A DNA stretch of 31,167 nucleotides, counting the filler, from an uncultured virus (IMG/VR IMGVR_UViG_2061766007_001353) (lineage: Duplodnaviria; Heunggongvirae; Uroviricota; Caudoviricetes). It is 2 parts of one record of this genome, joined end to end, with 100 filler letters (N's around TTAATTAATTAA, not from the genome) between each part and the next. Parts side by side here need not be neighbours in the genome. Positions count along the whole stretch, not along the records: positions 1 to 29,461 come from IMGVR_UViG_2061766007_001353; 1 more part is not named here. One strand, written 5' to 3'. How positions within the stretch are numbered: the first letter of the stretch is position 1; each line of letters opens with the position of its first letter. Below the pieces are notes generated by a model. That model was not told the origin of the DNA. It worked only from the letters and a program-made list of their open reading frames with translations, and searched no databases. Positions 18,125 through 24,879 of the stretch are shown here, piece by piece. A program made the translations under genes and the position numbers.

Positions 18125-18634
18125 GTGCGTGTGAAAATAGCGGACTTAGAAATTGATTTAAAAACAGTAAATGATTTAGCAGTAGAGTTAAACAAGAGTA
18201 ATATTAGTTTAGAGGAATTTACAGACAAAAGTACATTACTAGAGGGATTGAGTAATACAGTAAATTTACTCATTGCTAACAAAGTATTAAAAAGTGGAGA
18301 TATACACGCTTTTGTGCAACAAAAACTAGAAAGAATTTTCTGGGGCAAAGAACTTACACCTACTGAGGTTTTATTTGAACAAACTTTTGGTGTGGTGATA
18401 GGTGAGGTTACGGATACTTTATTATGTGAACTACTATTGTTTTTAACACAAAAGAAGACAATAACATTACCTACACTACCGAATAGAGATGTATTATTTA
18501 ATACAATACTACTAAGTATATTAAATTTACATATGCTAATATCACAGAAGAGTATTTTTAGGAATGAGGTTAAAAGAGTTTATATGAGGGCGGTTAGAAA
18601 TGGATTCAGACAAACAAAAGATAGAACAAAGTGA
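18125..18634 (+). CDS. Hypothetical protein (start 18125 or GTG 18131)
   Basis: 169-aa ORF after a promoter, RBS AGAGGTG. Confidence 0.7.
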   Translation: MRVKIADLEIDLKTVNDLAVELNKSNISLEEFTDKSTLLEGLSNTVNLLIANKVLKSGDIHAFVQQKLERIFWGKELTPTEVLFEQTFGVVIGEVTDTLLCELLLFLTQKKTITLPTLPNRDVLFNTILLSILNLHMLISQKSIFRNEVKRVYMRAVRNGFRQTKDRTK

Positions 18635-18734
18635 TATTTTTTACACTGGTGAAGAAACTATGATAGACATACCAGATGACGCAATAATTATAAGAGTAGA
18701 AGATTTAAAAGATTTTAAGATCGTGGAGGAATAA
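18600..18734 (+). CDS. 44-aa acidic small protein, not in the ORF track
   Basis: MDSDKQKIEQSDIFYTGEETMIDIPDDAIIIRVEDLKDFKIVEE*; fills the gap before thyX and has GAGGG upstream. Confidence 0.5.
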   Translation: MDSDKQKIEQSDIFYTGEETMIDIPDDAIIIRVEDLKDFKIVEE

Positions 18735-18736
18735 GG

Positions 18737-19507
18737 ATGAATGTAGATTTAATTAGTCATACACCTAACATACTAGAGGTAATATATAGAGCTGCAAGAA
18801 CTTGTTATAGTGCAATGACACCAAGAGATATGTGGAATAAAGTTCTCCGAGAAAATTTGTCTGAAGAGGAACTAAAGGGTAAAATGACTTTTTTAATAGA
18901 TAAAGTTTTAGGTAGTTGTCATGAGAGTATCGCAGAACATGCTTACTTTACTTTTGCTGTAGAGGGTATTGACAGAGCAACCCTTGCACAAATTACGAGA
19001 CATCGTACTGGTATTGCTTTCTCAGTACAGTCACAAAGATATGTCGAAATAAAAGAAAGTAAAAAAGACTTGGTAAAATTACTAGATAATTATGACCAAG
19101 CAGAAATATATACATTAGTAGATAAATACTTTGTAGTAGATAGAGAAGACCATGCTTTGCAACATATTTGTTTGATGTCTTTAATTAACTATAGAGATCT
19201 AATAGAAAATCATGGTAAGAAAGCAGAAGACGCTAGAGCAGTCTTACCAAATTGCACGAAAACAAATATGATCATTTCAATGAACTTGAGAGAATTTATG
19301 CATATCTGTAATTTACGTTTATGTACAAAGGCACAACTACCGATAAGACAAATGGTACAAGCAATGGTTAAAGAGGTAGTAAAAGTAGAACCTGCAATTA
19401 GTAAATATTTAGTACCTAAGTGTGTGTCTATGGGTTATTGTAATGAATCAGATAGTTGTGGCAGAGTTAAAGTTACGAAAGAAGATTTAGTAGGATTGCA
19501 AAAATAA
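18737..19507 (+). CDS. thyX: Flavin-dependent thymidylate synthase
   Basis: HESIAEH, QITRHR...SVQSQRY signature, EDAR.VLP, NLRE, AQ..IR. Confidence 0.95.
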   Translation: MNVDLISHTPNILEVIYRAARTCYSAMTPRDMWNKVLRENLSEEELKGKMTFLIDKVLGSCHESIAEHAYFTFAVEGIDRATLAQITRHRTGIAFSVQSQRYVEIKESKKDLVKLLDNYDQAEIYTLVDKYFVVDREDHALQHICLMSLINYRDLIENHGKKAEDARAVLPNCTKTNMIISMNLREFMHICNLRLCTKAQLPIRQMVQAMVKEVVKVEPAISKYLVPKCVSMGYCNESDSCGRVKVTKEDLVGLQK

Positions 19508-20283
19508 TGAACTACATGGGAAGCAAGAGAAGACTAGCTAAGTATATAGTACCTATACTACAGCACATAATTGATATGCATAACTTAAAATATTATGTAG
19601 AACCGTTTTGTGGTGGTTGTAATATTGTGGACAAAATAAAAGGTATTCCGAGAATTGCAACAGATTATCATAAGTACTTGATAGAGTTATACCGTAATAT
19701 TGATAAGCTTTCTACACTGGACACAAATCTTAGCAGAGAGGAGTACAATAATATTAGGGAGTCTTATAAACAAAAAGACAAAAAGTATGAAGATTGGTAT
19801 TATGGTGCTATTGGCTTCTTAGCTTCCTATAAAGTTAAATTTTTTGATTGTTATGGGGTGAGAGACAGTAAAAATTCTAGGAACTACTTTGAGGAACGTA
19901 TTAGAGGGTTGATAAAGCAAGCTCAAGATTTAGCAGACGTTAAATTTTACGCTAAAGACTATATGTATATATCGAAGTTAGAAAACTGCTTAATATATTG
20001 TGATCCACCTTATAAAGATACAAAAAGATATGCTACGGGTAAATTTGACCATGATAAATTTTGGGACGTAATCAGAGAAGTGTCGAAGAAAAATATAGTT
20101 TTTGTTAGCGAACAAATAGTACCAGACGATTTCAAAATAGTTTTCGAGAAAGACTTAAAATGTACATTAGATGCTGATAAAAGTAAAAAGACACACTCTA
20201 TTATTTCTGAAAAATTCGTAACAATAAATAATATAGAAGGATTAGAAGATTGGATAAAAGACAGCAAGCTAATAGAGAGATAG
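19507..20283 (+). CDS. Dam-like (D12 class) DNA adenine methyltransferase
   Basis: MNYMGSK, EPFCGG and YCDPPY motifs. Confidence 0.9.
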   Translation: MNYMGSKRRLAKYIVPILQHIIDMHNLKYYVEPFCGGCNIVDKIKGIPRIATDYHKYLIELYRNIDKLSTLDTNLSREEYNNIRESYKQKDKKYEDWYYGAIGFLASYKVKFFDCYGVRDSKNSRNYFEERIRGLIKQAQDLADVKFYAKDYMYISKLENCLIYCDPPYKDTKRYATGKFDHDKFWDVIREVSKKNIVFVSEQIVPDDFKIVFEKDLKCTLDADKSKKTHSIISEKFVTINNIEGLEDWIKDSKLIER

Positions 20284-20462
20284 TTAAGCATGTACAAAGT
20301 GTTATAGAAGAACACCCTGAATTAAGATTTCACCAAATTTTATGGCACCTTAATATAGAAGATGGTACAGACCAATTCTATGAAGAGAGTACAGCTACAT
20401 TAGCTAGATTACAAGGGTCTTTTACGGAACAAAATAATATTGAAGAGTCTTTGGAACTTTAA
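20250..20462 (+). CDS. Small hypothetical phage protein (HPELRFHQIL motif)
   Basis: 70 aa; P.LRF.Q and D.FYEES pattern typical of small phage ORFs. Confidence 0.7.
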   Translation: MDKRQQANREIVKHVQSVIEEHPELRFHQILWHLNIEDGTDQFYEESTATLARLQGSFTEQNNIEESLEL

Positions 20463-20465
20463 AAC

Positions 20466-20494
20466 TTGACAAGCATGTGAAAGCATGTTATACT
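20466..20494 (+). promoter_or_regulatory. Strong sigma70-type promoter driving the non-coding region; tandem AAGCATGT boxes in the spacer
   Basis: TTGACA 20466-20471, 17 bp, TGt-TATACT 20489-20494. Confidence 0.8.
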
Positions 20495-20500
20495 AGAAAT

Positions 20501-20760
20501 ATCAAAAGGTTTCATATAACCTACGAGACAGATAAGTAAATTATATGACCAAATTCTGTGAGGGATAATCAGACGGTAAATTTTCTCCGATAGCGTAAAA
20601 ATCGAGTTTAAATCTAAACGACGTTAGAATAGATTTCGGGCTTGTGGTGACGTCAGGACCACGTTGGTTGATTCTGGTCTAGAAACCAACTAGAATATAT
20701 GTAGGAAGAAGTAATTGCTCTTCTTACATATACTCGAACAAAACTAGTAAATTCACTAGA
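20501..20760 (+). ncRNA. Candidate structured ncRNA, 5' domain (multi-branch junction)
   Basis: No ORF of 60 aa or more; TCGAGT/ACTCGA closes four consecutive hairpins. Confidence 0.55.
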
Positions 20761-20772
20761 CAAATTGAACAT

Positions 20773-21171
20773 TAATAACTTAATATGTGTACAGTTGGCT
20801 GAACAAACTTGACAGAGTTTAAAGCATTATGTTATGAGGTATGGAAACACCTTCATACTCTTATCAAAGGGGAAGTAACATAAATACAACTTCTTTATGA
20901 ACTACAAGTACCTGTAGGAACTACTAATTATCTCTGCAAAGGGAACTATTAGTAGGGTAGCTTAAAATTCCACTTACGGGGTACACTGCCAAAGTCTACC
21001 ATGGAGCTAAGCAATACTATTTGAGGATGTCTGGTAGCATGTTCATGACAATCATGCGTCTAATTTAAAGCAAAGAGTAGCTAAATTTGTGAGACGAAAC
21101 TTGTGAACGTTTATAGAGATAGAAGTTATAGGTAATCCTTAATCCTATACTGTACACATATTAGGTTATTA
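20773..21171 (+). ncRNA. Candidate large structured ncRNA, ~400-nt domain closed by a 22-23-bp terminal helix
   Basis: 20774-20795 pairs with 21149-21170 (one G-U); at least 7 internal helices, a GCAA tetraloop and an 8-bp candidate pseudoknot. Confidence 0.65.
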
Positions 21172-21227
21172 TAATAAATTCCATAAATAACACCACAGTC
21201 ATGGTGTTACTCCTTTAAAAACGGTTA

Positions 21228-21262
21228 GGTCACTTAAAACTTAGTTTATAAGTGGCTTTTTA
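21228..21262 (+). terminator. Rho-independent terminator ending the non-coding transcript
   Basis: GGTCACTTA...TAAGTGGCT stem followed by TTTTATT. Confidence 0.7.
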
Positions 21263-21281
21263 TTATGTAGTATGAGTTAAT

Positions 21282-21310
21282 TTGACACATGCTTTTGCAT
21301 GTGGTAAGAT
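21282..21310 (+). promoter_or_regulatory. sigma70-type promoter with a palindromic CACATGC-TTTT-GCATGTG operator-like spacer
   Basis: TTGACA 21282-21287, 17 bp, TGg-TAAGAT 21305-21310. Confidence 0.75.
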
Positions 21311-21352
21311 AGTAGTATAAGAAATAAGGGAATAGGGTAGTAGATAAATAAG

Positions 21353-21817
21353 ATGGGCTTAGTGGTCAAAGAGTTATTTGAGGAGTTCTGCAAGGACGAT
21401 TTAAGTACGTATTATAAAACTCGTTTACAGCTAGAGGGTGCAATGTCTGAGAAATTTGTTGTTTTAGAACTAACAAAGAAAGAGTTAGCTAAAATAGAAA
21501 AATCAGGACGTAGTGATAGATTAGCACCGTACATTAAAGTAGTGGGTTATGAAATTATAGATAACCCTAAAGAAGTCAATTACTTCAATGATGAGATAGC
21601 ATTAAACCTATTGCAGTTAGTAATGGAGCAATTTTATGTTACGAAAAAGGGTTCTGGACACTGGGTTTCTTTTAATGCATTTAAGAAAGGTGACGGTTTT
21701 TCTGTTCAAACACCACGTTCTTATTCATTAAAAGATGCTATAGCTCATTTAGTATTAAGAGTTAAAGATAGTTTAGATAGGCATAAAGTAGTGTCAATGT
21801 TAAAGAGAAAGGATTAA
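21353..21817 (+). CDS. Hypothetical protein
   Basis: 154-aa ORF after a promoter. Confidence 0.7.
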   Translation: MGLVVKELFEEFCKDDLSTYYKTRLQLEGAMSEKFVVLELTKKELAKIEKSGRSDRLAPYIKVVGYEIIDNPKEVNYFNDEIALNLLQLVMEQFYVTKKGSGHWVSFNAFKKGDGFSVQTPRSYSLKDAIAHLVLRVKDSLDRHKVVSMLKRKD

Positions 21818-21818
21818 G

Positions 21819-22094
21819 ATGAAACTATTTGACAAGATGTTAGACAAAATGATAGGTAAATACATTGAAAAGAAATTTGAAGAGTTCAAACCTGTCTTAG
21901 AACACTTAAAAAGTGAGGGTAAGAAGCAAGCTGCAGCTAAACTGAAAGATTTACAAGGTAAAGCGTTAGAAAATATTGAGTTATTTGTAACTGGTAAGAA
22001 AGCAGAAATTGCAACAATGCTTGAAGTTAAAAAAGCTGAACTATTAGAAGAGCTTAAGAATATAGCTCTTGAAAAGTTAAATAAGAAAAAATAA
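21819..22094 (+). CDS. K/E-rich helical hypothetical protein
   Basis: 91 aa, RBS AAAGGA. Confidence 0.7.
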   Translation: MKLFDKMLDKMIGKYIEKKFEEFKPVLEHLKSEGKKQAAAKLKDLQGKALENIELFVTGKKAEIATMLEVKKAELLEELKNIALEKLNKKK

Positions 22095-22111
22095 GTTAAC
22101 CTTTTATTCCT

Positions 22112-22143
22112 GTAAGTGCTGCACTACGTAGCACTTACTATTC
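22112..22143 (+). terminator. Hairpin, probable terminator or stabiliser
   Basis: GTAAGTGCTGC-ACTAC-GTAGCACTTAC 11-bp stem, weak T tail. Confidence 0.55.
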
Positions 22144-22184
22144 TAAAATAAGAGAGAAATAGTAAAGATAGAGAGATTTGAGAG

Positions 22185-22430
22185 ATGAGAACTAAATACG
22201 AGTTGATTTTAGAGAATAGAGCGTTAAAGCAACTACAGAGAAAAGCTGATTACATCACAAATTATACAGATATATTAAAGGATTATGTACAAGTTGTAGC
22301 TAACGAAAAAGAGGAACATAAGGATTTAGGTCTAACCTTGTGCTCTGATATTAATAATTTGTGTGAAGAAATGCAAGAAATGTTAGGTATAATGTTAGTA
22401 TGTAATGAAAGTTTAGTAGAATGCAGATAA
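22185..22430 (+). CDS. Hypothetical protein
   Basis: 81-aa ORF, GAGAG RBS. Confidence 0.6.
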   Translation: MRTKYELILENRALKQLQRKADYITNYTDILKDYVQVVANEKEEHKDLGLTLCSDINNLCEEMQEMLGIMLVCNESLVECR

Positions 22431-22645
22431 AGAACATGTTATTTAAGTTTGATACTGGTGATAGTGTACAAAATATAGCTTTAAAAACTATACAAAGTAT
22501 TACTATAAAGCATGACGGACTTCTACAAATAAGAACTAAAGAAAATGTTATATTTACTATTAGTTTATGTAACGACTTAATTCCTTTAGTACAAGAATAC
22601 TATAATGATTATTTGTGGGAAAAAACGGATAGNNNNNNNNNNTAG
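22421..22645 (+). CDS. Hypothetical protein (end in gap)
   Basis: Overlapping operon ORF. Confidence 0.55.
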   Translation: MQIKNMLFKFDTGDSVQNIALKTIQSITIKHDGLLQIRTKENVIFTISLCNDLIPLVQEYYNDYLWEKTDXXXX

Positions 22646-23521
22646 ATGATAAAGAATTGTTTTAACTATGTTGCAAGTAAAGATAGGTTGCTTGCACAAA
22701 TTAAGCCGTTATTTGACGTAACTAAGAAAAATTTTGTAGATTTATTTTGTGGTAGTGGTGTAGTAGGTGTAAATTGCTTAGATAGTTTTAGTAATGTACA
22801 TCTAAATGACGGTTGTTGGCAAGTAATTAGAATGCTAGAGTATTTTACTAATAGTAGTGTTGATAAGTTACTTAGTGAAATCGGTTCTTGCATTAAGAAA
22901 TATAACTTGAATAAGTGTAATAAAGAGGGTTTCTTAAAAGCGAGAGACGTTTATAACACTTTATGTAATACAGAGGATACGTTTAACCCTATACTTTGTT
23001 ATTGTTTAATAACACATGCTTTTAGTTATAATATAGTATTTAATAAGAATGGTGGTTTCTCAGTACCGTCTGGTGCAGGTAGAAGTTACTTTAACTTAAG
23101 TTTGAGAGATAAGTTAATTGCTTTTACAGGCATGTTACAAGAAAATAAGAAGAAATTGTCTTTCAGTAGTGTACACTCTACTAATTTTGATATGTTTGTT
23201 AAAGGTATAGACGTAAGTGATACTTTCTTTTATGTGGATCCACCATATTATATTAGTGACAGTTCTTGTAGTAGAAGTTATGGTTTGAGATGGACAAAAG
23301 AATTAGATCTGAGACTTCTTTCTTTTTTAGATGAATTAGATAAGGGGCATGCTACTTTCGCTTTATCTAATACTATAGAGAATAATGGTTTAATTAATTC
23401 TCATTTAGCGAACTGGGCTGAAAAGTACAATATACATGACTTAGACGTTACTTATGATTACTGTCATCACCAACGTAAGAATAGAGGAACAACAAGGGAA
23501 GTTCTTATTACTAATTATTAA
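22646..23521 (+). CDS. Dam-like (D12 class) DNA adenine methyltransferase
   Basis: FNYVASK, DLFCGSG, YVDPPY, FALSN and C-terminal EVLITNY. Confidence 0.9.
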   Translation: MIKNCFNYVASKDRLLAQIKPLFDVTKKNFVDLFCGSGVVGVNCLDSFSNVHLNDGCWQVIRMLEYFTNSSVDKLLSEIGSCIKKYNLNKCNKEGFLKARDVYNTLCNTEDTFNPILCYCLITHAFSYNIVFNKNGGFSVPSGAGRSYFNLSLRDKLIAFTGMLQENKKKLSFSSVHSTNFDMFVKGIDVSDTFFYVDPPYYISDSSCSRSYGLRWTKELDLRLLSFLDELDKGHATFALSNTIENNGLINSHLANWAEKYNIHDLDVTYDYCHHQRKNRGTTREVLITNY

Positions 23522-23659
23522 CTTTTAATTTATAGAGANNNNNNNNNNNNNNNNNNNNNNNNNNNNNNNNNNNNNNNNNNNNNNNNNNNNNNNNNNNNNN
23601 NNNNNNNNNNNNNNNNNNNNNNNNNNNNNNNNNNNNNNNNNNNNNNNNNNNNNNNNNNN

Positions 23660-24633
23660 CAATAAATACTCTGTGGAAAATCTTGGTCAGTCTGTTGATT
23701 CAGATATACCACTAGTAGACGCTAGACTACATTTAAAAGATGGTACATTATTAAATAAAAGTGGGATATATACAAATTTTGTTGATTTTATGGAAGATTT
23801 NNNNNNNNNNNNNNNNNNNNNNNNNNNNNNNNNNNNNNNNNNNNNNNNNNNNNNNNNCAACTTATGGTTGTTGTGGTTGTTACGTAGTAGATACTACAAA
23901 CCATACTGTAAGACTTCCAAAAGTAAGTGAAGATAATGATAGATACTTGATTAAAGCATATACAAGTAATGGTATAACTTGTAGAATATACTCCGATGGT
24001 TGGTGTGAGCAAGAAGGTATTTGCTACGGATTTACACCTGTTACTTTGTTAAAACCTTATTTAGATACAAATTATACATTATTGCTATCTATATTAGGTG
24101 GAGGTGCTGTCTATGGTTATTACTATGGTGGAGCAATTATAAGCAATTCTAGTTTTCAAGCGGGTAGTATTGGAACTACTGCGAATGAACACCGTTGGAA
24201 AACAGAAGGTTATATCTCTTTATCAACTCAAACACCAGCGAAAAAATATAGCTATGTATGTGTTGCAACTTCAGTAAAACAACCAGCAGTTGTGGAGATA
24301 GATAACGTTGTGACAGACTTAAACGGCAAAGCAGACGTAGACTTAAGCAATTGTACAAGACCTTACATAATTGACTATTACGTTAACGGTCTGAGCGGTT
24401 ACGTTGTTTACTCTAATGGTTACTGTGAACAATGGGGATATACTAATTTAACACTTACAACTACTGTTAATCTATTAAAGACNNNNNNNNNNAATGCTAG
24501 TTCAGGTTATGCTCAAGGTAATTGTAGATTTTATGCAAATTCAGGAAGTCAAATTACCGTAATAAGTGGTATAGGTACAGCATGGGCAGTATATTGGCAT
24601 ACTTGGGGTCAATTAGCAGAAGGAGAATACTAA
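23660..24633 (+). CDS. Tail fibre protein, gapped alternative allele of 24880-26517
   Basis: Near-identical to the downstream copy except for the first YSDGWCEQ domain; flanks duplicated; interrupted by N gaps. Confidence 0.65.
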
Positions 24634-24825
24634 TATGGAACTTAAAGAAACATTAAATAAACCATANNNNNNNNNNATACAATATACATGACTTAGACGT
24701 TACTTATGATTACTGTCATCATCAACGTAAGAATAGGGGGACAACAAGGGAAGTTCTTATTACTAATTATTAACTTTTAATTTATAGAGAAGAGAGATAA
24801 GGTGGCTATTAAGTTTCTTGTAAAT

Positions 24826-24854
24826 TTGACAGTCACCTTTTTACATGATAATAT
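24826..24854 (+). promoter_or_regulatory. sigma70-type promoter for the tail fibre operon
   Basis: TTGACA 24826-24831, 17 bp, TGa-TAATAT 24849-24854; implies the CDS starts at ATG 24880, not GTG 24802. Confidence 0.7.
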
Positions 24855-24879
24855 ATCTATAAGGGAAAGGAATTTAAGA

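Noticed and set aside
20809..20840. Second promoter at TTGACA 20809
   Set aside because: No good -10 box at 17 bp, and the hexamer forms part of a predicted RNA helix with 20857-20867.
20773..21171. MITE or IS terminal inverted repeats
   Set aside because: There is no transposase and no clear target-site duplication. The one mismatch is a G-U pair and the interior is densely helical, which favours an RNA. Not fully excluded.
20501..21262. tRNA, tmRNA, RNase P, group I/II intron or hammerhead identity
   Set aside because: No T-loop GTTCRA with CCA end, no GAGGAAAGTCC, no intron P7 or domain V consensus, and no CTGANGA/GAAA core found by eye.
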